Under the pieces are notes generated by a model that did no database searches, was not told where the DNA came from, and saw nothing but the letters and a program-made list of their open reading frames with translations. The position numbers and the translations under genes are program-made. Below, one piece after another: positions 12,013 through 25,282 of a stretch of DNA of 64,000 nucleotides. Location: the NCBI RefSeq assembly GCF_018350175.1, contig NC_058368.1:162690001-162754000 (forward strand), written 5' to 3'. This stretch comes from Felis catus (taxonomy: Eukaryota). The stretch's first letter is position 1, and the number at the start of each line of letters is the position of its first letter.

Positions 12013-13259
12013 TAACTCCTGACTTGTCTTGACACAAGAAAAGTCTTTGATAAACTGAACGTGTCCTAAATTTATAAATCATTGGCCAGGATGCTATTGC
12101 AAACATTCAAGAAATTAGCTCTGTTCTGCCACTAAATATTTCTGTGGACTCTGAAGTTCTAAGCATTTTTTGGAGACTCAGCATTCAGGGATGAGATCCT
12201 CTAATACTCCACATTAGACTTAATGTTCTAAATCATGGAATCAACACAGATCATCGATTTTTGATCATAGGACCTTATTTTTTTCATCGTAAGAAAAATA
12301 GATGCTTTTCTTCTTTGTGAGGAAGCTGTGAATTATTTTGGTAAGCGTGATACTGAAATATCAATTCAGACCTCCACATATACTCAGGATAAGGTGTTAG
12401 AGTGTATATCAGATATACTCAAACAATAAAAATGTATTCAAGCCTTTCTAGGGTTAGTTTCCAGTATAGTTTTTTCACAAAATGCAAAAACTATTGGGCA
12501 TTTTCACTGCCCAGTGGGGAATATACTCCATGGCTCTGAATGCTACCAGTGTGAAGCACCTTCTAAAGTTGTTCACGATGAGCACAGTGTCTCAGCTGGC
12601 CATCTGTGGGGAATGCTTGTTGAGTACCTAAGGAATCACAAGAAAAAAGCAGGACTCTCAGCCTGAATATTTTCACTGGAACATCACCTAAAAATATTCC
12701 CTAGTCATAAATTTGTCTGGGATACTAATAATTCAATTTTAAATTACATGCCTAGATTATGAATCCAGGAATCTTAGTTTGTTTAAAAAGGACCCTTACC
12801 AACCTCAAATGCACATCAAAAGTGGAACTAATTACTCTACTTCCTCCCTATTTCTTTCTCTTCATTTTTCCATCTCTCTCTTTTTCATTCGCACACACAG
12901 ATACTCCTGGAAGCTATTTCTTCTAACAACTATGAAAAGGAAATATGATGCCTGGGCAACGAGGGTTCAAAATGCTCATTTTCTAGAGGTTCAACACTCG
13001 ACACCATGTAGTAAAATGATACATCCATATTTTAAATTGTACCTTCAGATTCAAATAAATTACCAAAGTACATCATTTCTTTCATAGAGTCAGTGAGTAA
13101 TACAATAAACCTTTATCAATGGCTAAGGTGTACAAGTATGACACCCCTGAGGCTAACTTGATGGCGTAACACAGACGTTTCTGAAAGCTTTGAAAAAATC
13201 AGGGAAATGGAAGATGTAATCTAGGCAAATGAAATAATTTCAGTTTCTAAATGACAATT

Positions 13260-13443
13260 CTTTTAAGTTTGTCTATTTATTTTGTGATAGACAGCATGAG
13301 CAGGGAAAGGGCAGAGAGAGAATCCAAGCAGGCTCCATGCTGTCAGCTCAGAGTCTGAGGTGGGGCTCAAACTCACAAACCATGAGACCATGAGCTGAGC
13401 TGAGAGTTGGACACTTAACTGACTGAGCCACTCAGGTGCCCCC
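13260..13443 (-). mobile_element. Carnivore SINE
   Basis: Ends GACTGAGCCACTCAGGTGCCCC. Confidence 0.9.
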
Positions 13444-14117
13444 AAAACTATTTTTTAATAACTTAGAAAAAGTACTATTATGACCATAAATGGATTAGAC
13501 AAACTTTCTATCTTGCTTGCCTTCACAAGTCCTCAGTTATTAAATGTGAATGACATTTGGAGATGGACAGGCCATTGATATTCAATGAAGCCTAAAAACA
13601 CAGATGTTTCTTCCTCTAAAACTGAATTTATCATTTATAAAATTTTTATTATGGGAAAAATAAATTCAAGTTCCATATATTCCATAGTTCCACTGTAGTC
13701 ATAAAATATATTTATTACTCTAAAATATAATATAAATACAGTAAGTCATAATTTCTGGGAACTTACTACCTTAAATATTAGTATATAAAATCTATTTTTT
13801 CCTCATTAAATGATTGCTGCAAAATCTTTAACCAAAATTACGAATTCACCTGGCCTCATATGATGCATCCATCTCTTTATTACAGCAAGAATAGCAATAT
13901 GTGGAATGTACATCACAATCGAGACCATCAAAAGTATATTTCCTATTATAAAACAATCTCAAACTTAACATAAAATCTTTTAAATATTTCAAAAATGTTT
14001 ATACTATTTGAGTGGGTTGACATGATACTATTCTTCCCCAAATGCTTGAGTGTGTTCCTCACTCACGAAGACAGTTCTGTACTCAATCCGGTATGAAAAC
14101 TGAAAAAGGGATATAGG

Positions 14118-14120
<3 letters not shown>

Positions 14121-14165
<45 letters not shown>
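14121..14165. repeat. (TA)n microsatellite
   Basis: Seen directly. Confidence 0.95.
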
Positions 14166-14166
<1 letters not shown>

Positions 14167-14168
<2 letters not shown>

Positions 14169-14267
14169 CCACTGGGCGGCTCAGTTGGTTAAGCATTCAA
14201 CTTCAGCTCAGGTCCTGATTGGAGCTTTACACTGGGTTTTCTGTTGTCAGTACAGAGCCTGTTTCAG

Positions 14268-14310
<43 letters not shown>

Positions 14311-14343
14311 AATAAACAAGCACTTAAAAAAAATAAAATAAAA
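14167..14343 (+). mobile_element. Carnivore SINE with internal deletion and (CT)n
   Basis: CTGGGCGGCTCAGTTGGTTAAGC... (CT)n and A tail. Confidence 0.85.
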
Positions 14344-14399
14344 TTGTTCACCAGTCTTCCCCACTAAAAAGCCAACCTTATCCCCTTTGTAATAAGTAT

Positions 14400-15370
14400 T
14401 TTGTTGGAAGTTATTTTGAAACTGTAAAAATCCCATTCCTAATCAAACGTTCAAGTTACCGGTTTGCTTTTTATCAGTATGAACATAAGGATATCCATTC
14501 CATTCAATGGGTCATGATCCTTGTTATTACTATTTAAGTCTCAATTTTTTTTCCAGTTTTGACCTTTGGAAACTCATCAAATATAGCTCCAATGTACTTT
14601 CAACATATTCCCATTATTCTTGAACACTCCTTTACTTTATGGTTGAAAAAGAAGTGCCAGTCTCATCAGGTGCATTTCCTACCCAGCCCTGGCACTTCTT
14701 CATGGCACTTTGGTTCCTTTTTAGTGGAGCAATGTTCAGAAATCAAGGGCACTATGTTAGTAATTGTTAGGGAGGTGAAGCTATTCCCAGTCATTGTCAG
14801 GGGAAAGAGCTAGGGAACATATGTAGATGAAGATAGAGGTACACACATGTACACACACACATATCCCATATATGTACTTTTGTTATTACCTTCATATATC
14901 CTATAAAACCAAAGTGCATTGCTAGTTTGTGATTTTTTGCTTCATTTACTTACCTTTAGAGCGACGAAGAACAAAGAAACTTACTTCTTATGTTTCTGCT
15001 TCATTGCCAGCAGCCAGTATTGTCAGGTTTTTTTATTTATGCCATACAAATAAGTACATAATAGCATCTCACTGTTGTTTTAACTTCAGTTTCTCTAATG
15101 ATAATGTTGAATACCTTTTCACATGCATACTTACTATATATTTATCTTCTCTGATTTGTGTTCAAGCGTTTTGCCCACTTATTAAGAATTGTATTATTTT
15201 CTTATTTTTGAGTTTTAAGAGTTTTTTTTATATTTTGTGGTTATGAATCCTTTAACAGGTGACTTGCAAATATTGCTCATACTCTTTTGTCACTTCATGC
15301 CTTTAACAGTTATCTTTTTCACAGCAAAAATTGTCTAATTTTGACAAAGGCCAATTACCTTTCTCTTTGT
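14400..15370 (-). mobile_element. Old, degraded L1 (L1M-type) fragments
   Basis: TCTCACTGTTGTTTTAACTTCAGTTTCTCTAATGATAATGTTGAATACCTTTTCACATGC resembles antisense L1 ORF2 3' sequence; boundaries approximate. Confidence 0.6.
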
Positions 15371-15916
15371 CAGTAATAACATATTTTAACTTGGTGTCTT
15401 AAACGGATGTTCACTTGTGCCCTGGGGCTGCAGCTTTGGCTGCTTTTCTCTCTGAAACTAGGCTTCCATTTGTTAAGGTAGTGAGGGCCCCTAAAGCCTT
15501 TCACACAGTGCTGGCTTCTCTTCTTCAGGACTCCACCATGGAGGCAGGCTTTCTTTAGTCTCCCAAACTACCTCCAACCACTCTTAGGTTCCTGGACAAG
15601 ATCCTGAGAGATGATGAAAATAACGCCTTTGTCTTTAATATGAGTGAGGGATTATCTCCTCAAGGTTGTCCATGTTCAGGCTTCAGCAATTTGCTACAAA
15701 GTTTAAGTGGATTCCTATATGCCTATAATGTGTCCAGCATCTCAGTTTCCTGTACTATGCACAGTTAAGATTATTCTTGGGTCCTATAGCTCTAGAGGGA
15801 CATGTTTTACATTAGATGTCAGGTAATTTGTCCTGTGACAAGAAAGCTAAATTTTTTTATTTTACTTAGCTTGCTCTTAAACTTGGTTGAGGGCGACCCA
15901 CTGTTTCCAACTTTCT

Positions 15917-16143
15917 TTTCTTTTTTTTAATCAATTAATTTATTTGAGACAGAGAGAGAGCAAGAGAGAAAGGATGCAGACACAAGCAGGGGTGGGCCAG
16001 AGAGAGGAGAGACAGAATCCCAAGCAGGCTCCACACCATCAGGGCAGAGCCTGATGTGGGGCTTGAACTCAGAAACCCTGAGATCATGACCTAAACCAAA
16101 ACCAAGAGTCAGATGCTGAACTGACTGCGCCACCCAGGTGCCC
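15917..16143 (-). mobile_element. Carnivore SINE
   Basis: Perfect 16-bp TSD CTGTTTCCAACTTTCT (15901-15916 / 16144-16159). Confidence 0.95.
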
Positions 16144-16976
16144 CTGTTTCCAACTTTCTATACCCTAGGCAGAAGCAAAACTCTAGATCATCTTCTAAAT
16201 GGTTTTCTCATTAAAAACCAAGCAATAAAGTCCTCAAAAGATTAACGAAATGTGCTATGTATGTATCTGTATATGTATACACATGGATACATGAAAATGA
16301 CAAGAGACGTTTCCATTTTATTCTTATAGTAAATTACAAAAAGGTTAATGAAGATTTTCAGAAACTCTAAACTGTAATGCAATTTATTACACAATTTAGG
16401 CTAATTTCATAGTTGATTTATACATTGACATTTTATATTAGATGCCAGTGAGCATAATGAGATATAAAATTACGGGACTGCATAAAGCTTGTGAAGAGAC
16501 AGGAATATATATCAAATATAAGTTACTGTTCAAGGAAATTGCTGATTACCTGTCCTTTACTCTGGGTTATTAAAGATTAACGTTTTCAAGCATAACCTGA
16601 GAAAAATATAGTCTAGGGATCCCATCTCTGCTATCTCTCTAGACACTAAATGAACAAATAGCAATACTTTATGAATTTTACACCTCAAATAGTTGAGTGC
16701 TTTCTGTATTTTGCCTCATAGCATAAATTTTATAGCTTTACCTAAGCCAACTACTGAAACAAATAGTGTCTCCCTCAAGAAACAAAACTTAAAAAAAAGA
16801 AGCCAAAACCCCCGAAGAAATTTTTTAAAAATATCAAAATTATGTTGTCATCTCCTTGAACATGCAACTAATGATGCCATCAACACAGCATTGGGTGTGG
16901 ATAACAGACCAGCAACAGGACTGCCCACTACTGATAGGCCAATTAGAAAACACACGAAGAAAGATTTAACTGTCAT

Positions 16977-17190
16977 GGTACCTGGGTGGCTCAGTTGGTT
17001 AGCATCCAATTCTTGACTTTGGCTCAAGTCATGATCTCACTTTTTTTGAGTTCGAGCCCCACGTTGGGCTCTGCAATGACAGCACAGAACATGCATGGGA
17101 TTCTCTGTCTCCCTCTCTCTCTGCCCCTCCTCCACTCACTTTCTATCTCTTGAGAGAAATAAAGAAAGAAAGAGCAAAAGAAAGAAAGAA
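16977..17190 (+). mobile_element. Carnivore SINE
   Basis: CCTGGGTGGCTCAGTTGGTTAG head; CT tract; GAAA-rich tail. Confidence 0.9.
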
Positions 17191-18917
17191 TCTTTTTCTT
17201 TTAAAAGGCTAAGATAAAGAGTAGCATGAGCACTCAAACTTCGTATGTGAAGAAGACAACATGGAAAGGCATGTTCATGGTGTCTTGAAGCATTCCTCAC
17301 TCAGATGAGTAGGATTCAAGCCATGCCTCCATTGACAGCTTGGTGTAATATATTCCATTAGCTAAACTAAGTTTTTCATCAGATCTATTTGGGAGTTTAC
17401 AATTAACTCTTCACTGTGAATTCCTCCACATTTTGTATAAAATGCTCAATTTGAATCATGAGATAAAAACAAGCATCCTACCGAGTCACAAAGAAACTTA
17501 CACTTAAAATGGCACAAGTATGGAAAGGAAATTGATTAGGATTGTGCAGCAATTTATCTAGGATGACACAGATCCATACACAAAACTCACAGAACAGGAT
17601 AGAATTTCGTTCCTTTTAACGCTCTCAAGTTATGTATACAGAATTTATGAAATTTACCCTTTGTTTTTCCAGGTTAGTTCCTATCAATCCCTTTTCTCTC
17701 AAAAAGAATAAAATAACTCCTCCTTTTGTCCAACTCTATCTTTTAAACTTTCTGAAATTTCAAACTCTGTTTAGGATCTATCAGTATACCCATCCTTCAC
17801 CACTAAATTAACCCTTTCTTGCCAGATGTGCACGTTTTCCCCTTTGCACTGCTGTGTTCTCCAGTTGTTCATTTTTTTGAATCAAACTTTTGTTTTGTTT
17901 TTCTTCCCAACTTCCTAGATTCTCAATTTGAGATATTTGCCCAAAGATGCTGATGTTTGAAGTTAGAATAAAGCATACCCTGTATCAATACTGAGTGAGT
18001 CTGAATGAAAATTTTCCTGGAAGTTAAGGAGTTAAGCACTAAAATCCAAAGGCAGCCTCTGTGGAGACCAAGACTGTGATTCAGTTAACTTTGGTTGAAA
18101 AATGGACACTAGATCTATTTTGCTCAAACCAAATAATTTAAACCTTTTTATTACATTGCTAGAGAAATAGAATTATTCAGAAAGCATAGTACTGATGAAT
18201 TAGGCTATTGTGACTTTGAATTCAACTTGGAGAAAATCCTACGCTACCATTATAAGAAGTTTATAAAAACTAGGAAGTAGTTTATTTTTCTACAAAGGCT
18301 GCCTTCAACCACACACCGTTTAATCTGTTTCCATTTCCATATCCCATGACTTCTGTATCCCATGACTCCCATGAGTCATTTTAAGGTATCAAAATCCAGG
18401 CTCAGCAACTAAGACTCATGTTCAGGTACTAAGCAACTTCATCTGTTCTAAGTTAAAACTTTAATCTCTCTTTCAAGCCAAAGCTTTCCTCCTCTTGCAC
18501 AATCCTAAACTATTGTTCAGATCTCTGGTGGGAGAAGTACACTCTGATCTTCACTTCCACTTGACTTCTTTCCCAGCTATTTTCTGGTTTTTCTAGAGCC
18601 ATTGAGAAACTTAGAGAAACCAGGTAAAATTTTATATTTGCACTTCTCTCTTCCTGACTCATACTGGATGACCTCCAATGTCCTTCCAAATGGCAGGTAA
18701 AAAAATATGGGCTTTTTGTGTGGGAGAGGTAAAGTTCTTTGAAGGCCCTATGAGAACTTTAGCCTTTCACTTTTTCTAGAGATAGCTATCACAGTTGACC
18801 TGCAGTCTTGTGATTCACCCATGCTCAATTGATGCTCGCTGAAGTATGCAATACAACCTACTTTTGGATTCTCTTTGCCCAAACAGGTTACCATATTGCT
18901 TTTAAATTACTATCTTT

Positions 18918-19044
18918 GGAGTGCCTAGGTGGTTCAGTCAGTTAAGCATCTGCCTCTTGATATCAGCTCTGATATTAATATCAGGTTCATGAATTGAAGC
19001 CATGAAGTGATAAATTTTTATGATAAATATCATAAAAAATATGG
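18918..19044 (+). mobile_element. Carnivore SINE lacking its 3' body
   Basis: GTGCCTAGGTGGTTCAGTCAGTTAAGC head; perfect TSD TAAATTACTATCTTTG (18903-18918 / 19045-19060). Confidence 0.85.
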
Positions 19045-20118
19045 TAAATTACTATCTTTGACAGAAAGAGTAAAGGACAAAGCACATCTTTTGCATCGTG
19101 CCACCTGATTCCAGTTTCTTACTTATTTTTAAACTTCATGGTAGTTCTTGACTAACATTTGTTTGTCAGTGATTCTCTCTTGTAAATGAAGTATACTAAA
19201 AATAAAAGACTGATACTTCCCAAAATACCAGCATATTCTAAAGGAGTAAAAAATGTTCATTCTCAAATATACCATTGCAGTAAATAAATACATACTTGAA
19301 AAGAGTCAGCCTCCTTTCTTTTCTTTGGAAGTATTTTATTAATGTCCACCTGTAAGGCATCTGGAAAGAATCTTGAAGTATTCAGGTCTTTACAATCTAG
19401 ATCTATCCTTCCAGGATAATGAAAACACCAGCAATGTCAAGAAGTTTCTTTTTTCACAATATTAAATGTAAATACACAATCACAAATTCCCCTTACCTAA
19501 ATTTGCTTATTTTCTAACTGACCAGCCAACAAGTTGAATGCCAGTTGTATTCAGAATAATGAACTTGAAATTGCCAGTGACAAAATTTCCTACTGTCAAC
19601 TTCTATTTATATAGGGAAAAAAATAGAAGGCAGTGGATTTTACTGACCTGACACTGAAGCTTTTTATAATTTCAGGTCCAAAACATTGTACAAGGTGAAA
19701 TGCCAAATAATTCACACATGGGCAAACAAAGACCACAACAAGAGGAAGCAAAGTCTACGCATACAATTGTTTTCTACTTAAATGCTTTACACATGCTGGA
19801 GTTTGCCTGGAGTGCCAGACTCCACAGAACCAAGTAAATACATAAATGCAATTTCTATACTACATCAAATAATACACAGTTAACAAATATTTAGCTTTGT
19901 ATATTCTGTTTATAAAATACCTGCCTACTTCAAAGAGAAGAATGTCTTACAAGAAGGTTTGTGGTTCAGGGCTGCTTCCAAGGCAGAAGGCACACAGGGA
20001 AAACCATACTATAGTAATCTTTCTCTCACACTGTTTCTTATGGTAAAACCCAGTAGAAACAAACATTAGATATGGTCTAGAAAGGCTAAACACATGCAAA
20101 CACACACAGAGAAATGCC

Positions 20119-20630
20119 TGTGAGGTTCCTGGCATTCTCTATACTTCTTATATGCTCCTGCCAGTTAACTCTCCAAACTTCTGCACTGTGTCTGTTTGGT
20201 CTAGGATGAGGACCTGAATAGAAAACATCATACCCCTCCCCTCCATGCTTTTTGCCCTTTTGTTTGGTTGGTCCAACCGAGTGCCTAGCGAGGTGATGGG
20301 GGGAAGGATAGGGCAGAATGCTAGAAGCATAGTTGGGATATTTATTCTCCAGCTCCCTCTCTGAGAAATCAGCATGGATTGGCAGCACCCTTCACCCCAA
20401 ATGGAGGTCACGGTTTCACTCAAGGTGGCTCCCTTCCACAAAGCAGTCTTCTTCCAGGTTGCAGAAACCCTCCCTTTCCCAGTTTCTCCAAGTCAAGAGT
20501 GGTAACAGCTGTTACTCACTCCATGCTACAACTTTCTACCACTTTTTAAAATATTGTTTTTACTAAACCATTCTTAAATCATGCCATTTGGAGTGTGTCA
20601 CGGTTTCCTGCTGGAACCTTGACTAACAGA
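20119..20630 (+). mobile_element. ERVL-class solo LTR (LTR16/LTR33-like)
   Basis: 3' end CCATTTGGAGTGTGTCACGGTTTCCTGCTGGAACCTTGACTAACA resembles these LTR ends. Confidence 0.55.
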
Positions 20631-20899
20631 CATGAGGGTCACCATTACACCTGCTTCATTCCCCACCATACACTAAGTTGTGGGAATAATGCATGACAAG
20701 GGCACATAGTAATTATTTAATTCCAGAAAGGAAGGAAGAAAAGGAGCTAGGGAGGGAGGAAAGAAGGAAGAAACCTGCCTACAGAGTTTACATTTAAAAT
20801 TAACAATGGAAAGGCTTATCTGCTTTTGTATTCCCCCTTTTGGTTATTACCTGGGGAGTGGGGGGGGGGGGAGGCAGCACTTAGACTAATTGTAGTGAG

Positions 20900-21200
20900 T
20901 CTCTGTCTTAAATCTTCCCTCCAACATCTCACCTGGACTCTAAAAACAGTATTGACTGCTTTCTCTGTTTTGATTTTAGATCTCCTATAATTCATTCTCT
21001 GTAAAGTTGTCAGGGTGATTTCTCTAAAAACGCATACTTTACCCCTGCAGCTTCTAAGCTACTCACAGTCTTGTAGGTCAAGTCCAAACTCTTGAATGTA
21101 CCACGTATAATGTGCTATCTCTAGTTTCTACCATCCTCTTTAGACTTATCAAATCATTAATGTCAACCCTCAAAACCTTGTTCCAGGATACAATGCTACT
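20900..21200. mobile_element. L2 LINE relic
   Basis: CATCTCACCTGGACT...GTAGGTCAAGTCCAAACTCTTGAATG L2-like. Confidence 0.5.
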
Positions 21201-21340
21201 ATGTAAAACAGCAAATGTCCAAAATTACATTTAGACATTGTTTTAAACTTAGGAAATAAAAACAAACAAAAAGTACATACATTAGTGAGCAAGAAAGGGT
21301 AGGGACTTTAAAATGTGGGCCATTGAAATAAACTAAGGGT

Positions 21341-21570
21341 GGGGCACCCGGGTGGCTCAGCTGGTTAAGTGTCTGCCTTGACTCTGGCTCAGGTCATGAT
21401 CCCAGTGTCATGGGATCAGCCCTAGGTTGGGCTCAGTGCTGAGTACAAGCCTGCTTAGGATTCTCTCTCTTTCCCTCTCTGTCCCTCCCCCTCTGCTCAG
21501 GAGCCAGTGCGCCATGTGCTCTCTCCCTGAAATAAAAAATCAAATTAAGTGGCATTAAAAAAAAAGAAAA
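21341..21570 (+). mobile_element. Carnivore SINE
   Basis: GGGGCACCCGGGTGGCTCAG head; TSD AAACTAAGG(G/T)T. Confidence 0.92.
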
Positions 21571-22545
21571 ACTAAGGTTGGCAAAGGACTAAAAGAATAA
21601 CTTTAAAATGTCTTTTGGATCACAAAATCCCATTAATCCAGATCTAAGTTACTATACTAAAACTAGAAGTAAAAACTCTGTTGAATGTTTAAATTTATTA
21701 TTTAATAATTTGCAATATAAAGTACAGTTCAACTTTTTAAAAGGGTTATTCTTCTATTTGTATATTTCAAACTTATTTCCTTTTTTTTCTTTTTTCCCTC
21801 TCTAAGTACCTGTTTCAGTGGAGGAACACAGCTCATCCAAGGGGATGCCCAATGGAATACATAGATTTGATACACCCCTCCCCCACAAAAAATCACATGA
21901 TAGGAACTGTTCTGAAAAGCAATTAATCAACAGAGTAGGACACACTTATTGTGTTGTTCTTATCATGATGTGCAAGCTAAACACCATGCTTTTGGTTGTT
22001 GCTATTTCACAGATCTTGCAGAACATAATTACAGAATTATAGACTGTCTACCAGAATAGTTGTCTAATCTCAAACAGATCACACACAGCTTGTCCCATTT
22101 GTTTTGGTCCCCTTTAATATCAATTACAATGACTGTCAGTTTGACACAATTTTAGAACAAAGATTGTAAGATTATACCTGGTTATCTATCACCCACAGAA
22201 GGAAAATACAATGTTTCTCATCTCTATTATACTAGCCTTTTTCCATCTGCCTTCAACATTTATAACTAAGGAAACTACGTGTCACAGTGATAAGTTCCTG
22301 TCAGTGAAAACGTCAATAAAAGAGCTGCATATTTTCATGCAAAAACCCCTCATCTATTGATTACACTTAGGACACTCTTGGTTACAAGCCAACTCACACA
22401 CACTTAAGTCAAAAGGCAGCTGTTCACTATAAGAATGTTGAGTGTAGCTTTGCATTTTGCCATCAAATTAATGACTGCGTCCCAAAAGGAAATCAGAAGC
22501 TTTAAACATTCCCAATTTTAATACAATTACCCCAATTGTTACTCA

Positions 22546-24010
22546 GTGTTATAGATTAAGTTCTCCAGAAAGCAAACTCTAAGACAGAGTTCAGCATACA
22601 AGATGTTTTGGAAGGAGCACCAGGATCAACAATTGTGGAAGGGAAGATAAAGAATTAGAATTGAGCAGAGGAAGAGGCCAAACTGCCATACAGGTTTTAC
22701 AGGCTCACCAGACCCAAGAATCATCTGGAGCTAAAGTGATCCTTCAGCGTTGTCCCGCTTTGAAACAAAATAAGTGAGCCTTATACTTCTGCCTCCTTCA
22801 CTCATTAGATGTGAACTGACCCTGGAAGGGCATGACTTTAGGTGAGATGGCTATGTGATTGAGACAATCACTCAACAGGTGAAGACTATTTGCTTCAGCA
22901 CCTGGATAGTAAGTCTTTCCTTCAACAAAGATCTGAGTGGCACATATCCCTGTCTATGTGGACCCCCTTTGTACCACCAAGCTCCATCTCTGCATGTATG
23001 CCCAGGAAACAGCATTCTCTGGAATCTAGTAAGCCTCAATTTTGTGGAGAAACGTAAAATAAAAATATGAACGTTAGTAGAAATAGCTGCCCAACCCATC
23101 ATCAATACCAATATCACCTTCCTTCATTACCTATACTAGACTCCCCTTGCAGCTGCCAACTCTGCTGGTCTCCAGGGCATATCTGGTGACATGACCCAAA
23201 CCCTCATTCCAGAGAGGACTGGACCCCAAGTCACTGTGCTGTTTTCAAGCTAGAATTGCTATAACTGTTCATTTACAGTAAAAAATGCGCAACAGGAATG
23301 TATTAGTCTTTTCAGCCTTCCATAATAGAATACCACAGACCAAGTTTGAATAATAGTTCTGAAGGCTGGAAGTCTAAGACCAAGGTCCATTAGAGTCCAT
23401 TCTTCAAGTAGGCCTTTCTTCTTCCTGGTGTGCAGATGACTGCCTCCTCACCAAACCTTCAAATGGCCTTTCTCCTTTACACATGCAGAGAGAGCATATT
23501 CTCTGGTAGCATAGCTTTTCCTCTTCCAAGGATACCAGTCTTATTGTATCAGGGCTCCTCTTAGGACCTCACTTAATCTTAATTACCTCTTTGAGTACTC
23601 TATCTCCAAGTGTAGTCATATTAGGCATTAAGGGTTCAACACACAAACCTGGGGGGAAGGGATACAATTCACTCCCTAAGAAGGAAGACCTAAGGGATAC
23701 CTAAATAGTTTATCTTGCCCTGCCCCAATTGTGTAATTGAAGTCCTACTTCCTCCTGATGATCAGGATCAATTACTCCTGCGAAATGGTATCTCCACTTC
23801 TCACCTATTAGTCTCTGGACACAAGAAGTTCAAAGCGTCCAGTTGGCTGATGTAGATTACAGTCCAACGGGATACAGGCAAATGTGTGCTCACTATGGGG
23901 ACAAGGACATCTGGCCCTGAAGGCTAGAGTTGCAGGGCGAGGAAACATCCAGGCCACTAAGGTAATTATGAGTAACAGTAAAGGAATTCACTCCTGCTTC
24001 TCTACTCTTG
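22546..24010 (-). mobile_element. Old MaLR LTR (MLT1H/J-like) plus adjacent internal sequence, interrupted by a younger MLT1A-like LTR
   Basis: TTCTCCAGAAAGCAAACTCTAAGACAGAGTTCAGC... LTR signature, followed by MaLR-internal-like sequence on both sides of 23299-23680. Confidence 0.55.
23299..23680 (-). mobile_element. MaLR (MLT1A-like) solo LTR
   Basis: TGTATTAGTC...AAATACCACAGAC...GGCTGGAAGTCTAAGACCAAGG...TTAATCTTAATTACCTC...GATACAATTCA. Confidence 0.8.
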
Positions 24011-24014
24011 GGTT

Positions 24015-24300
24015 CCATCAAAGATAACCATAACTGAGCATTGGTTAAAGTGGTAAAAATAGATTGTACTCAGTAACTACTGACAGTAGGGGAAAGAATT
24101 GAGCTCCATTCTGATTTGTGAAAAGGCAATTTGGGCATTTTAAGGGAGAATGAGGGAGGGAAGAGACATTATGCATATAAAACACTTCTTAAAGTTTAGT
24201 CAACATGAATTAGCTATTGTCTGCATTTCCAAAACAGATAGTTGGACACAAAATTTTATCTATGGCTTTGTGACAGGACCAAGATAACTGGTTCCCATGG
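24015..24300. mobile_element. Probable ERV LTR fragment
   Basis: GGTTAAAGTGGTAAAAATAGATTGTACTCAGTAACTACTGACAGTAGGGGAAAGA resembles carnivore ERV LTRs; family uncertain. Confidence 0.4.
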
Positions 24301-24471
24301 ATAACTCTCAATGTAACAACAACCATGAATATTACAACAAAAAATAATAGTATTACAGTAACAATTGTTGCATGACGTCTGTTTGTCAAGGACTATACCA
24401 AGTGTTCTACATGGATTACTTCCTTAATCTTTACAAACTTTCTATTAGGTAGTTACTAAATACGTGTGTAT

Positions 24472-24502
<31 letters not shown>

Positions 24503-24539
24503 TGCATGCATATATATACATATCACACATATACACACT

Positions 24540-24650
24540 CTGGCAGTGTGGAGCCTGCTTGGTATTCTCTCTCTCCCCCGATCTCTCTGCCCCTCCCCTG
24601 CTTGGTCTCTCTCTCTCAACATAAATAAATAAACTTTTTAAAAATTAAAA
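24540..24650 (+). mobile_element. 5'-truncated carnivore SINE preceded by (CA)n/(TA) repeat (24465-24537)
   Basis: GGAGCCTGCTTGGTATTCTCTCTCTC...AATAAATAAAC. Confidence 0.85.
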
Positions 24651-25263
24651 AGAAACACATACCTGCATATTTTAAATTGTATGATCCTAAATACATTAAA
24701 TATTTTTCTACAATGAATCCTACATTCTACAATATAGATTCAAACACCTAAAAAATAAATTTTTCATAAAGTTCACCATATATTCTCTCACTGAGAAAAA
24801 CAATGTGCTTTTGATGAATTGTTAAATGACTTAGTTATAAAAGAACAAGATTTATTGCCCTACAAAAGCTAACTCCTTGATGGAATTTACTCTGTCTACA
24901 TTTCAGAGAAAGAAAAATAAAATCAAAGTGTCTGCTATTGTCCTCCAGTGCCAGTCAATGTCATTTGAAACTGCCTCGTTACTGTGGAAAGGCCGAATCC
25001 ATGAGCTTGCATCAACCATTACACTCAAGTATGTTAGAGGAGAAAAGAAAGCAAAATGTGTGGTTATGGAATCATACATTGCCCAGGCCTGCATCATTCT
25101 GACCATGGAACAAACTACTGAACCATGGAAAAAACACTAAATATATTGTGGGATACAGTTTCCAGTTCATCTTAAGTATTTGCTTCAAGTGGATTCCATG
25201 GTCTTTAAAGTCCTCTAAAGTCAATAAAATAAAGCTCAATAACTTTTGAATTTAAATCATCAC

Positions 25264-25282
25264 ATTGCCATCTTGTGGCCAT
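25264..25282 (-). promoter_or_regulatory. CTCF motif in unique sequence
   Basis: Minus strand TGGCCACAAGATGGCAAT matches the CTCF core consensus. Confidence 0.55.
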
